Shown here: positions 23,594 to 38,214 of the stretch, one piece after another
Numbering within the stretch: the first letter of the stretch is position 1
Layout: each line of letters begins with the position of its first letter
Source of the DNA: Azolla caroliniana
Taxonomy: Eukaryota > Plantae > Polypodiophyta
Length of the DNA stretch: 64,000 nt
Assembly (NCBI GenBank): GCA_043228905.1
Contig: JBHGNT010000020.1
Coordinates: forward strand, 12,524,001 to 12,588,000
Direction of reading: 5' to 3'
Position numbers and translations under genes: made by a program
The notes under the pieces: model-generated
Seen by the model: the letters and a program-made list of their open reading frames with translations, nothing else
Database searches by the model: none
Told to the model about the DNA's origin: nothing

Positions 23594-26500
23594 TTATACC
23601 ACACAACCTGATTCCCCTTTATTTCCAGCTCTACCAGCTTCTCTAGCAGATTCTCTCGCAGCTTCTCTAGCAGCCTCTTTAGCAGCTTTCTTTGCATCTT
23701 TTTTCTCTTGAGCTGCAATTGTAAGCCCATCAAGCCATTCCAATGCATCAGCTGCGGCATTATTTTCTGCTTGTCGCTTAGTGGATGCAACTTTTCCTTT
23801 GAACTGTTTCCCTTTCACAGTTACCATCGCCTGAAATGTTTGATTTCTTAGTGCTTTAAGTTTATATTGAGGGGCTTTGTATCCTGCCTGCGATAACCGA
23901 TTGTTGAGAAGACTTTTAACGCACACAACGCGATCCCTGTTTGTGGTTTTTTTTGGATGAGGCTCAGCTAATGTGAATCTTCCCTCATTCTTGTCTCCGT
24001 GTAGGAGTTCAAGGAGCGCTTCCATTAATCTTCGATTCTCCTGAAGAATTTCTAACTGTGGATTCTCCAACTGTTCAGAATTAAAATTCTCTTTTGTTAT
24101 AAAGATTTAAAATCAATTTCCCTTTCTGTTGCCAAAAAAGCTACCTCTCCTCCCTCTTTATGAGATCAATACCACATACGAATTTAAAGCAAAGACAGAT
24201 TTCTGACATAAACAATAGAGATAAGAACCTTTTGATAGATAATGTCATCCAGTTCCCTTCTCAATGTCACGAAAGTCTCTGCCAAGGGGGCATGCATTGA
24301 GAATTCAAGCCACCCTTCTTCCATGTGTAAATAACCAGCCTACACGATCACGAAGTTGACGAGATTAGTTTCACCATCATGAGAAGCTTCTAGCTCAATT
24401 GCAGAGGGTCATCAATATACAAAATAAAATCAACAGCAACATCATAGGTATTACCTTTTCACTGAGATAGACTTTTCCACCAAATAGAAGCAGCATTGAA
24501 TCAGTTATCCCAGTTGCATCTTGCAAGAGGATGTTTCCACTTCTTATTTTGCCACTGAATGCAAGCCATGGAAATTGTATTTTTTCCATTTTCGACAAGA
24601 TGGAGTTCTGTATAAAGATTGACAGCATACGAATTGCAATTATCATTTTCCATAGCCCATAATTCTCAACATATTGTATTGGCACCAAGATATACCCCTC
24701 TCTCTTCCAAATCTAATCACCTAGTATCAAAACAAAAAAGGAACTTCTATCATGCCCAGTAAATCAATTGTATGAGCCTTTACGCAAGGCTCATATGTAA
24801 CTAGTCTAAAGTGTGGTCACAGAATTTAAATTCATTGTGTGGAATTATTTCAATTGAATTCTAGAGTAAAAACTTCCAATATTTCTTCACATGAAAATCT
24901 TTTCATGTTCAAAAAACAAAAATGAAATTGAAAAACAAAAAGACTGCGATGAGGATTCCTTTGACTGGGAAATGTAAGGTTCCCTCACACCCAGAAGATC
25001 ATGGAAAGGAAGTTGATAATCTACATTTTCTCATATTGGTCCATTGCCATATGTTTATTTTACTAGTTAATAACTATATATCTTATACTCTATGAAAGCC
25101 TGGCACACTCAAGCAAACCGTTGAATCTAAAAATGAACTTACTTGATGAAGAAGTACAAACCCATCTTCCACTGTTTTGTACTTCGTGGAATTCTCCATT
25201 GTCTAGAAATAAGAAATAAATAAAGAATAAGGTTCGCGATTACCACTTAAAATAATTATAATGGCATTAAATGGAAGCGAATTTTACCCAGACTGAAGAT
25301 ATTCCAGGAAACAGACCAGAACATATGATCCCTTTAAGAAGGTCAAAATCCTTACTGTATTTGTTGGAATAATCACGGACAGGGTCTACAAAGCCTGCTT
25401 GTCTGAGCAACATCTCAAACTGTCGACGAAGAGAATGCATTACTTGCATGGTGGAAAAGGAGAGAAAATGCTTCCAACAGTAATTGATTGCATTTCCAGC
25501 ATCCATAGCACTCTTCCAACCATCGTATGCATGGACAAGGGCAATATGATCACTACAGTCACCACTTCCATACTTGAGCCTTTCTGCTTCTGCAACCTAC
25601 AGTATTCAAAAAACACAGGATGGCATATATATGTATATATGCAGATATATTTTCAATTCCAATTTATTCAATAATATATAAAATTCACTTACTGGCTTCT
25701 TGTCGACAGGTAGCATGAAGGGATCTTTAACAGTCAGACCAGCTGCAATTGTAAGTACTGGATCAAGACAAGAAAAAATTGCCCCCATGATCAACATTTT
25801 TCCTACCCTTGGGTCCACGGGAAGATTTGCCAAGTGAGATCCTGCAAATTGAAGGTCTAGTGTCAATAGCTAGCACTAGAATTTTCACACAGCATGTAAA
25901 AGACCAAGAAATATATGCTGCACTATTTTCCAGAATTCTTTTCCATCCGGATGTTCATCAAGTTGAGAAAGATTTTATTAATTCTGAAAAAGACACTATG
26001 TCTTTATAGGAGGAACATGGCCTTTGAAGACATCACTGAACACTAACCAAGATTAGTAAGGTTCTCAGCATCATCTAGAGCTCCAATTATCTTCAAAAGT
26101 TGAACAGAATTACGAACCTTCAGCGAACCATCATGGTGGAATATTAGTGTGATATAAAATAAACAAACACTTTCAACTGGTAATTATTAGTTATTCGCTC
26201 ACTGATAGTGGATCAGGTGGCTGCATCGCTTTAGACAGGAAGTCTCCAACTGTCCCCAGCTTCAAGCTTTTTATTTGAAGGCATAGAGAGTGTAAAGGGG
26301 TCCTCAGCAGCTCTGGTTCCTGGTATTCTGCAAATGCTTCATAAACCGCCTTTGGATATAGATGGAAGCATTCACCAGGTTGAACCCTACCAGCTCGTCC
26401 TCTTCTCTGCAGTAAATATTGAAATATATCTTCCTTCGGTTCAAGAAATTTGAACTTAACAACTTAATTTGTCTTGATATATACTGTGCAAATTACTGCA

Positions 26501-29184
26501 CGGCTCTATTCCTGAACCATAGAACTTATAAAACAGAGAATTAACATTCAATGATTATAAGATTATTATATAAGGATAGTTAACAGTTCATAGGAGAAAG
26601 TAATAATTGAAAAAATCTTGGCCATGACATCCTCCACATAAACACAAATAGGGCATCATATCATCACAAACAAACTGGAATCTTGTCTACCATCTCATAA
26701 AACCATCAATCCTCTAAGACTATTTACTGATAAGATATTGATTCAGATGCACCATTCAAGATTGTCATTTCAAAACTATTTGACTGTGTTATAAGAAACT
26801 TTTTACACGTTTAACATTCACATTGTCATATGCTTTAGCTTCAAAAAAGTTTACACACTTGGCGAACTGAAGCTTTTGATATCCAGGAGGGTGTCAGACA
26901 AGGGGTGTTGTTTAAGGCATCATATGAAGTCTCCTTAGCTTTCCCACAATCAATAACAAAGACCACATCATTGATTGTAATACTAGTTTCTGCCAGGTTT
27001 GTAGCAAGCACAATCTTGCGTATTTTGTTGGGAGCAGGTTCAAAAATCAGTTTCTACATAAAGAGAATTTCAGTTAGTATGTTGATAGCAAGTAAACGGC
27101 ACAAGTGATTAAAATTTTTACCTGATCTGAAGTTGTCATTGATCCATGACATGTGAGAAGCATGACCTTATTAGGGTTACCTAAAATAGGGTTTACTTTC
27201 AGGCAATCCTTCAAGGCATTAATGTCTTCCCAACCTGTCATAAAAACTAGTACAGCTCCTTCCTTTCCATACTTACAAATGTAGCAAAGTAAATCCTCAA
27301 TAAGCTTGAACCCTAGACACTCAGGGTTCCATTGTGACAGAGAGAATTGGGTAGCACCACTAAATGACCTTAGGTCTGCACGTGCTAATGCATCCTGAAA
27401 TTTCAATACAACATATTACAATTCCAATTAAACGCATTCAGAAATAAATTAATAATTTACACCATCATTGTAATCTCAAAGAATCACTTTAGCACTTACT
27501 TCAGCTAAGGCAACCACTGGATTCTTTCGACTCCTTTGCATTTGTTTCTGCATTTTCCATAGTTTATCTTGCCCATAATCATCAACTTGATCAAGTTCTG
27601 AAAGTCTATATCCTGTCATTTCTAAAGTATCTTCCAAGAAATACGTTTTCACTGGATATGTAAACCCCTGTTAGACAAGGTTTAAGTTTGGTACTCATTA
27701 AAGAAAAACTTTCTTCTGTAAAAGGAAACTCTAGATGAACAGGTTTTGTCATGAAATACTAATTAAAACACACATGTCACAGAATTGTAACACTTATACT
27801 GAACATAGTGTATATTTGTCATTTGCAAAACCATGAAGAGAAAATTGTGCGAGAACTTCAACTGTTTGGAATGAAATATTGACTTTCAAACATTTAAATT
27901 TGTGGGATAGCTTACTTGAACATTTCTCTCCATTAAGATTTAATAGGAAATGCAGCCTCTAAACATATTGCATAGCTTCTTTGAGCCCATTCTTTAGCGA
28001 AACATCAATGATTACATCAATCAGTTCGGACAGATATTCAGCTTCATCAAGTATTTAAAAGCCAAGATATAGTATCATATTCCACTCTCTGTTCTTGGGC
28101 CTCTTTTTGGAAAAAAAACCGGATTGAATCTGTCTCCTAGGATGTGAGAGATGTTTCTCTACACATTTGACAAGATGAAACAGCACGTGCAATCATTGCT
28201 TGACAATATAAATGGCCACGTTTAATATTTACTCAGACATTCAGCATACATTCATTATCATTTTGGGGTAGTTTATAACTTCAGGGTGCAGGTGAATCGG
28301 ATATCCATTAAGGAAGAAATATTTGGTGAGGTGCTCTCTGTTAGAACTTGCGGTATTATGATAGACCCATTTATTCCCCCCAAAAAAAACATTTTGTTGA
28401 TAATATCATTGGCCATGTAGTCAGTTATCAATACAAACAATCTGATAACTTACAGGTATATGAAACATATGAACAATTTGAAACTTACAGGTATATGGCA
28501 CATAGGAGCACCATCAAAAAAAGAGGAGAAAAGTTTTGCATTAAGTGTTGCACTCATCAACACAATCCTTATATCCGGACGACGTGGTAGAATGTCTTTC
28601 AATACAATCAATAAAAAGTCTGCAAAAACATAATCAGCTATACATTGGCTACATGTACAAACAATCTTAGGGGGCAAAAATAAACGTTCTCTATGCTTTA
28701 ATATACCTTCGTTCATGCCTCGTTCATGAATCTCATCCACAATCACATGAGTCACTCCCTTGAGATCAGGATCCATCACTAGCCTTCTAAGCAGAATTCC
28801 AGTCGTGCAGAACAGCAACCGCGTTGACATACCTCTCATCCCTTCCAAACGGACTTTGTAGCCAACCTTTTAAATAACCAAGAAAAAATGAGATATCTGA
28901 ATCTAAATCTTCCAGATGTTTCATTAGATATGGAAAGGTTCTTACCGATTCCCCTAACTGCTCTCCTCGCTCCGTTGCAACTCTTTCTGCAACAGAGATG
29001 GCTGAAATACGTCTTGGTTGAGTGCATATAATATTACAAGTGCTTCCATTTCCAGCCTCAATTTCAGACTCTAGAATATACTGAGGTAGTTGTGTTGTTT
29101 TCCCACATCCAGTCTCCCCTGAAATAACAAGTACCTGCAAGAATGTGGTCACATGTCAAAAGCATTGATGATCACAAAGCCCTT

Positions 29185-29241
<57 letters not shown>

Positions 29242-32200
29242 CATACATATATATACATATATGTTAGAGAATAAAACGTGGTCACATTTTCCAAAAGCAT
29301 TTATATCATGTCTTACAGAGCTTAAGAGTGGAAAAACCGTGACTTCCTTTGTTAAATGAATATAACCATCAGATATACCCATGAGAGAAAGAAATGTATA
29401 CCTGGTGCCTTTTCACAGCAAGAAGAAAAGCGTCACGTTCCTTATAAGCAGGAAGATTTCTCCGGAATTCCAACATTTCTTTCCCTTCAGTTGAACTCTG
29501 TTAATCATTACTAGAAATCATATCATAATTCCAACAGTCCCCATCATAAGATGTATAAGTGATAAAGCTCCAAACCTGCCTTGCTTGTTGTCGTTCACGA
29601 AGATGCATGCTTCTTTTGAGGAGAAGTACATCATCTAAAAGGCTATTATTCGGCATGGAAAGTTCAACTGGTGTATTAATCCGGAGAACAGGAAACGGAT
29701 CCTCACTATATGCTGATTTGGATATCATGGTGCTATCTATATTCTCAGTAACAAGTTTATTAATCTGGCTTTTAGATTCAAATAGTTCCTTTCTTTCCAA
29801 ATGCTCCTGAAGTGCTGCTTCAACACCTTGATGAACTGAGAAGGGAATTGCAACCTGTTTGACATGAGCCATTTCGTTTAGTTTCAAGAAAAAAGAAATT
29901 GTTTCAAGTCAGAATGTGCAAACCAAACCTTTCGCGTTGGACGTTTATCATCCATGTCAGGCCTGTAATTTGGTAAAGGTTCTTTGCTGAACACAATAGA
30001 TTTCCCATAGGACTGACTGAAGAAAACATAAATTAGCCAAGACAGGAAGATACTTTTGACTGTTATGATTCAGAAATACAGACAGGACAATTCTACCTGA
30101 AAAGGCCCATCCTTTTAGCAAGTGCAGAAAGGCATTCATAGTCTCTCTTATCCCTCTTATCCCTCGTAATTATCTCTTTTTCTATAGGATTTCGCAAGAG
30201 CACATGAAGCTTCCACTTCCATGCATCGATGTTTGCATAACTTCGCGATCCCTGGCAGCAAAAGCTAATTGAGTATCAGAACAAAATGCCTGTCATTGAA
30301 GGATATTGTCGCTAGACAAAACTAACATTTGAGTACCAGAACAAAAAATCACTAGACAATATTATGAATTTTGTATAAAACCCACAAATAAATTTAAGTT
30401 CAATGTTTCTGCCAACGATGACATATCTTATCTCTCCTATGGCACAAGAGCAAAATAACGTGACTGAATCATAAATTTGTATGCGTCCATAAAAAAACTG
30501 AATAAACCGAGGACAGTCAGTGCACCTGCCAGTGAGCATATCTTTGACACATACAAATTATGAGGTTAAAGAGAAAATAATAATGAAAAAGAAACAATGT
30601 CCAAAACGAAAATAAAGAATAAATATGTGAAAAAGGCAAATTCATACAGAAAACAAGAAGTTAACAGACATGCTACCGCTTAAGTCTCTGGATGACAATT
30701 CAAGAGTTACATGACATGTTAAGCCCTTGCCTGGTACACTTAACGGATATGTCATCTTTGTTCAAAAAGTCACACTCATAGAAGAGCCAGCAAGTTGAGT
30801 TCATACCACATCTAAATATGTGATAAATCACAGTATAAAACGTATAGAACAGATTATCAATGAGTGCTATCAATTAACAAAAAACTTGTATGTACATCGA
30901 ACATGTCCAGTTTGAGCTTACAGCAAAGTTTGAACAACTGATTTATTGATCATGCTCATGAAGCATACTAAATCTGACAGCTCCATATGGAGATACCTAG
31001 AATTCATGCATATATATATGAACATGTTAAGCATGATTCCTCATAGAGATTTTCATTGACACGATTTAGCTTGAACATGCTAACGAAGCTGGAAAATCTT
31101 CATATAGTATCCATACTTCTGCATGCATACTATGCTATTTACATTTTTTTAATGCCTTGCACCAGAAAGAATGGCATGAAGACAACAAGAGAGTGGCATT
31201 TAAGAATGAACATAAGTGGCAAGAATTCTAAGCGCAAAATGAGAACTTGTAAATTCCCATAGCACTTTATTGTATTTTGACAATCATGCTAACCAAGTAG
31301 CAGAAAAAGATGAAATCTTTACACGGAGGCTATAAATCCGAGAACACAAAAGTTGAAATCTTCACATAGAGTTAACTCTATATTTTTGCATAAGATGATA
31401 TTTCATTTTTACTTGCTCTTAAATATGTTTTTTAAGCATGATAAAAGAAGGGTCAGCAATTTCAAAGTCAGCATGAAAAAACTCATGATCAGCCAGCAAC
31501 TTCACATTCTTATCTCTTCACAATACTTGCAACAACAAGGCCATATTCGATCATTATTGAGCTCTGACATATTCTTCCTACAAGACCCTAGCATTTCATG
31601 GTGCCTTTATTCCTCATACAAGACTGTTGTAAACCCGAAACACTAAACACCCAGCATGTCAAGAAAAGCTCCCTCTTTTTCTTCCCATGAAACCTGAAAC
31701 CGTTGAAAGTAAGCCCTAAGAATTATTTGAGGAGAAAGCAGTATTGTTTACCGCAGGATAGGTATATCATAACCGTTTTACGAAAAAACTCAATAATTGT
31801 TAATATAGACTCGATAAACCTTAGAACATAAACCCTAAACACTTCAACTCACAAGTTTTTAGTATGGGATAGATAAACCAGTAAACCTCTAAACCCTAAA
31901 CGCTCTAAACCCTTAAAACATAAATTTTAAACCCTTCAAGAAAACTTACTATTTGACATGGATAGATAAACCCAAAAACCTGTGAACCATAAACACTTCA
32001 GAGAAAACTCGTTATTTGGTAATGTGGGATAGATAAACCCTAAACCCTCTTAAACTAAATCTTAAAAATTTCAAGAAAGGTAAAAGAAAACGTAGCTAGA
32101 ATTGGATAGGATTATTGGCAAGAGAAGACCTACTAACCTTCCTGTCTTCGAACCCATATTCGTCGTCTGAGTACTGATCTTCTGCTATCTGTGCAAAGAG

Positions 32201-32290
32201 CCTTTTCCCTATCACAGAAGAAGGAGAAGCAGAAGGGGCGGCCATAGAAAGAACAGCTCCGAAGCTCCTCCATCGCTTCTGCACGGACAT
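23594..32290 (-). CDS. DExH-box ATP-dependent RNA helicase (plant DExH3/DExH5-like, DHX36/DHX57-related) with HA2, OB and C-terminal dsRBD; ~19 exons; start at ATG 32290 or 32245
   Basis: [61 protein letters not shown] and dsRBD in the last exon (24071-23594). Exon 1 ends at 32138; exon 2 is 30251-30097. Confidence 0.93.
29188..29262. repeat. (TA)n microsatellite in a helicase intron
   Basis: Long TA run followed by TACA units. Confidence 0.97.
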
Positions 32291-32344
32291 GAAGAATTTC
32301 TCGTGATGAATGGAAAGCTCAGACAGACAGACGCAGGAAAACAC

Positions 32345-32960
32345 CCCCAACTGCCCCCTCTCACTGTATTTTTTCTGTATTTCCCCAAATGCCCTTCCTT
32401 CTGTATTTTCCATATTTCCCTAAATGCCCCTCTCACTGTATTTTTTCCATTATTTCCCCAAATGCCCTTCCATTTGCATTTTCCTTATTTCCCTAAATGC
32501 CCCTCTCACCGTATTTTTTTCATTATTTCCCCAAATGCCCTTCCTTTCGTATTTTCCTTATTTTCCTAAATGCCCCTCGCACCGTATTTTCATTATTTCC
32601 TCAAATGCCCTTCCTTTTTGTATATTCTTTATTTCCCTAATTGCCCCTCTCACTGTATTTTCATTAGTTCCCCAAATGCCCTTCCATTTGTATTTTCTTT
32701 ATTTCCCTAAATGCCCCTCTCACTATATTTTCATTATTTCCCCAAATGCCCTTCCTTTTTGTACTTTCTTTGTTTCCCTAAACACCCCTCTCGTTGTATT
32801 TTCATTATTTCCCCAAATGCCCTTCCTACTGTATCCCCATATGCCCATTCTACGTCTCCTTCATTTCCCAAATACCTTCCCCACATTTTCATTACTTTCT
32901 ACTAAAATTTCATTATTTCCCCAAATGCCCTTCCATTGCTTTCAATATTTTCCATAGATG
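32345..32960. repeat. Tandem array (~69-bp dimer of TTTCCC[C/T]AAATGCCC subunits) directly upstream of the helicase start
   Basis: Repeated ATTTCCCCAAATGCCCTTCC...ATTTCCCTAAATGCCCCTCTCAC; it explains the spurious repetitive ORFs here. Confidence 0.92.
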
Positions 32961-35750
32961 CCCTTAACAACACGAGGTTCTTTCTCAAATCCAGATGCCT
33001 TAACAACATGAAGAATTGACATTAAAATCTCTTTCAAATGTTTAGTGTGAGATTAGTGTATTATTCCTTAATCATGGCTTTATATCATTAATACTTTCCA
33101 CATCTCTAGGAGTTGAAACTTTAGCATTAACCTTTCAATGGGCTGGTTATTCTGCAATTGCAATAATAAGATGATGTTAACAACATTGACCCATCTACTT
33201 ATGGTAGGACATCCATAACCAAGTTCAACGGGCTAATGTGATGAGTCTTCTAATCAACAACTTCCTGCTCCCATCATATGTATATCTACATGTCCATGTG
33301 ATGCATTTTTCTAATGGGTAATTTGATTTAGCTTCAACATACGAGCACTAAATTCCAAATTAAACTTCAACGCCCATTCAAAATTGATTTCTTAACGATA
33401 TAAAATCATGCATAAAATGTGGGGAAATTTTAGAGGTATCTGTGATGTGATGTTTTTTTGCATTTCCCCACGTGCCCTTCGTGAACCCCCCAATGAGAGA
33501 AAAGGGGAACGGATGGATTGACTACATGAATTGCTCTAAAGGGGTCAATTGTGCAAGTATTTGGAAATATATCGAAAACCTTGGGGCATTTTGGGGAAAT
33601 AAAGAAAACACTTGGCGGCATTTGCAGGAAATAAAGAAGTCAATGATGTGTTAAGGTTTTCTCGAAATTAAACGTCACACTTCCAAGTTCATTAGACTTT
33701 CATGTATTAACGATATAACCATTAAAACAATCTTCACAATGAGAGATGTTGCATATGATATCTAGGAGCAGTATATTAAATTCAATATGATTGTATGAAA
33801 GCCCAAATATGTTTGTTTGTGTGTGTGTACCTTGTATGGTGTGTAAATTAGACATGGTTGACATATTGAGGAATAGGTAACATGATCGTCACGATGAAAG
33901 CCTAGCCCCCACCATCGATGTCTCAAGAGTCAAGACGTCAAACTTCCTACGTAATGTGTTTTATGAGGGAAGTTAGGCCTCATGTTTATACTGTTCACTA
34001 GGCCCCCTTCAATAGATGTGATTTTCTAAAAGACTCTCTATTCATTGGTTGTCAATATTGTGATAATGCATGCACATATCATTTCTTCTATCCAATCACA
34101 TTAACCCCTTTCTAAATTTGGTCAGCATACCCTTCACTTGTGTTTTGTTAATATTAGGGAATTACCCTCACCTATGTTATACGTGTGTAACAATGTCAAC
34201 ATTGTACAATATGTAAATGGTCAAGGTTGACAAATTGTGGTGTCGCATCCACATTCCATTAGGTCCACTTACATTCACATTGTCAACTAACTAATAAAAA
34301 GTCGGTCATAGAAACCAAAATGAGTGCAAGTTTTCAAGAAACACAAGCGCGTGCAAGGTTAAATGAAAATTTAACTTTATAAAGTTATTAATAATAGTTT
34401 TAACCAAAATGGCTAATTTTTGCATCCTATTTTCATACATAGTTATCTATTTGTTGCTAAATGAAATGACTATTAGACGCATAATTCACAACCCAACATA
34501 TGTGCGTATGTTATTTAGTCTATTGTCATCTAGTTCAATGGAAACCAAGTTTTTTATGCCCACATAGGTCATTTCATATTAGAGAACACAAAGAAGGGAC
34601 ATATCTAACCTGTCAATCCATCAATGCATGTCAACATGCTAACTGTCATCGACGATGCACTAAAATAAACATCATCACCTTACTCCTCTGTAGTTAGTTT
34701 CCATTGATATAAATGCTAGAATCCTACATTTTTTTTTAGATTTAACATTATTGGCTTTTCCATCAACATCTACAAATTCATCAGATTCTTTATCAATGCA
34801 TTATCCTTTAAACATCAAACGTGGTTATTCCCTGCATAACCTTAGGGACCAATTCTAAAGGTGAATTGTAAAAGGTAGGTCTACCTCATTGTCCAATTAA
34901 ATTATTACTTTTTGATGGAAGAACTACCCTTTCTCCTTTTATATATCCAAAATGAAGAGCATGTCATAAAAAAGTTTGCTTTATATAATATATGCACAAA
35001 TTTGAGATTTTTTTTCCATAAAACATATGCTCCATTGGTATTAATAAAAGGCCAGAGGCAGTATACAAATAGTATATAATATTGTTTCATCTCCACAAGT
35101 ATATATTATCAAAGACAAGACCAAATATAAGCTTTGGCATTTGGCAAGATAAGGATAATTATAATCCATGAATACAACTCTCAGCCTTACCAATAACGCT
35201 TTTGCTACGGCAAGCTAGAAGACCACATATAAAGGTGAAAACAATCTCCAGCATGTAAAAACCAGTCAGTGCTTCATCGAAACGTCCATTCTATCATGAT
35301 TTCATTCCAAATGGCCACATTTGTAGTTAGAAGCGTTTGAAACACATGTTCCTTTGACCCTTGTCATGGTCTCTAAAAACTTCATGTTGCAGACAAAGTT
35401 TGTTGAAGTTGATTCTACATATGCTAAAGCTCTTGATTGTCCACCCTGGCTGGTAGTTTGAAAACTTCAAGTTCACATTTGGTTTTGCATGTACTGAAGA
35501 CCATACTCAACATATAAACAACATCTCAGAGTATCTAGCTTTTTCGAACTTCATTTTTCCACATTAGCCCTCAACCTTTCACAAATTTGAGAAATTGCAT
35601 AGGCAACTACTTGAATAAAAAACATTGATATTAACAGCATTCTTTTCGCATGAAGTTGATAATCTTGTTTCCATTACTAGCTAGAACTCCATGAATAGTG
35701 AGAGACGGGATGTAAATGAGTTTGCAACAATCTACACATATTTTCCTAGT

Positions 35751-35755
35751 CCCCC

Positions 35756-35786
<31 letters not shown>

Positions 35787-36140
35787 AAAAAACAACTCAT
35801 TCCATTAATTATAAAATTTTACAAATGAGACGATTATGTACAAATCCCTGTAGGGACGGGATAGTTCCATCTTATGTGGATGCCCACTAACTCAAGAAAG
35901 GGAGAGGACGACCATTGTTGGATGACGACTATTCGTTGTCTTTCAACTCCATCGGAGCTGCCCTTGAGGCCATCATATTGGCTCTCTAGCGCGGCTACAA
36001 TTTCACTCCATATCTCTTGCAATAGCCTTGTTTGATGTGCAGTTTGGTTGGAGAAGACCCGTCTACACTGTTGTTTCCATAGAATCCAAAGAGTTCTTGG
36101 ACTGACCAATTCCAACACAGCTTGAGATTTGTCATTCCTA
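35751..36140 (-). mobile_element. LINE 3'-end fragment with homopolymer tail
   Basis: LELVSP.TLW.LWKQ.CRRVF...WSSSPF...RW.YPVPTGIC is homologous to 38540-38895; C and A homopolymers lie at the end. Confidence 0.85.
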
Positions 36141-38214
36141 GTTAATTTTATGTTGCACCATATGTATATCATAGTCAATATTTATACACCGAGTATTTGT
36201 AATGGAATTCAGTTTATGGAGGGATGAACAATTTATAAACTAATTTTCCAACATGATGTAAAATGTGTACGACGAAGTTTTTTCATAATTGCAAAGTGGT
36301 GACAAATGTATTGAATCTTACATAGTTGTTTAATTATAAGATATATTAGCAAACTCAAGAACAATAATATGTTCCTAGTATTTTAACAGAAAAATACTAA
36401 AATGTATTGCATTCTTATTAAAAAGGAACATCAATATAAATGTGTGACTATGAAGTGAAAAGAGGAAGTGGAAGCAGAAGTAGAAAAAGATAAGATGGGT
36501 GGAAATTTTGTATATGCCTAATAGAAAATTATTGTAGGAAACGATCAAGGAAGGGGAGGCAGAGGGGACAACAAGATGCTCCAAAAGGGAAGCATACACC
36601 AAACGAAGAGCATTGTTGGTGATGATGACACTATGAAAACTAGATGTGGCCAATACCAATAATTCATGTGATTGAGACATTATGGACAAAAAGAAATGAA
36701 TATGAGAGAACATCATTTCACATCCCTTGCACCTTGTCAACAAGACATACATATTACACACATGCGAGGAATATGGTAGTTCCAACATGACAATAACACA
36801 TGCGTATGAAGGTTTCGGTATCAACGTATAAAGCCCATGCATGGAACGCAGGCATAAAAGTTAAGAATTATGTTTCTTTTATCCATGGAATAGGGGCAAT
36901 ATACATGTAACATAACTATAATGTGAATCGTGATGTTTGACAAGGAGAGGTAGACTAATGTTGTGGGTCAAGTCATAGAGTCATCATAGTACATATACGC
37001 AAACTTGTCAATATAATATATATCCGTACCTTTGTTTTTAAGTATATTAAGATGTATGCCAAAAAGCCCCATACATGTACACGGTTTTCTTCATCATTGG
37101 CCCAATACATATTTCCACTCCAATCACTTCCCCTCTCCATCTTTCCAACTGTAAGTACTTGCTCAATGTCTTTCGGACAACTGGTTGTTAAAGAAAGGTT
37201 GGACCACATTTCCTTGTTAATGCACCTTAACATCATTCGTTGACTACTCATTATGCCTACTCTAGAGCACATGATTACACATTTACTCCTCATGTCAAGT
37301 TCATAACTCACAAAGTCACAACCCATAATGTGGTGGTTTCCTTAAAATCACTATGAACTTTCTACATTTCCAACAACATATTGTTGCCAAAGGTTGATAT
37401 TTTTATCCATTTTATCTATGACACTTGGCAACTTGGCCAACTTTGTGCTTCTTGAAGCATTGCATGTTATTGTAGTCCACAAAACTATTGCATTCACAGT
37501 TTCACTTGTAGACTCGTCATATAATCAACCCAAACTTACTACATAACAATTGTAGATCTAATTAAGAGTGTTGGTGGAAGTGTCTAATCACTTGTCACAA
37601 AAATGTCTCAACTTGAAAAAAATATCATGCATCATATAAGTAAAGAAACTTAGCGTTGATGAAAAAAGCAAATGTTCTATGTTTTAATTGAAATTAAAAG
37701 TAAGTTTCAAGTGATATGTGTGGCTCATCCCCAATTTGAGCTCTAGACTGTAATGCAGTCAATAGAAATGGATTGAACTTTGAATGTGTAGTATAAAGAA
37801 TTGAAGATGAACATTCCTAGACCTTAGACGTGTAAGTATAAACATGACATAAAAAAATGTTTGGTATTCACAAAAACGTTTCTTGGGCAATAGAGGTAGA
37901 TTGCGCTATGCTTTTGGATGTATAACAAAGGTCACATGTAGTAGGAGGGTGGTGGGTGGAAGCAATTAATTGTTGTTCCATTTTTTTTTATAATCCACAT
38001 CATGACAAACGTTAGGTATTTAATTGATTGATTGATGTGTTACATATTATGTTTTGATGATAATGATAAACATTAGGTATTCGAAAAAAGGTTGTTGGGT
38101 GATTGATGATTGCATTACATGCTCTTGTCCATAGAAGCTAGTGACAAATGTTAGATATCTAGGTCGAGGGTGTTAGATGGTGACCAATTGGTTGATATCA
38201 TACATTGACATATT

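Noticed and set aside
23594-23605. Helicase ending in CVV as a prenylation signal
   Set aside because: Cys is third from the end, so it is not a CaaX box.
32303-32957. Pro/Phe-rich ORFs
   Set aside because: Products of the tandem array; no domain content.
33000-37600. Coding-like patches and a possible SWIM-type Cys/His motif near 37460-37500
   Set aside because: Interrupted in all frames; cannot be supported from sequence alone.
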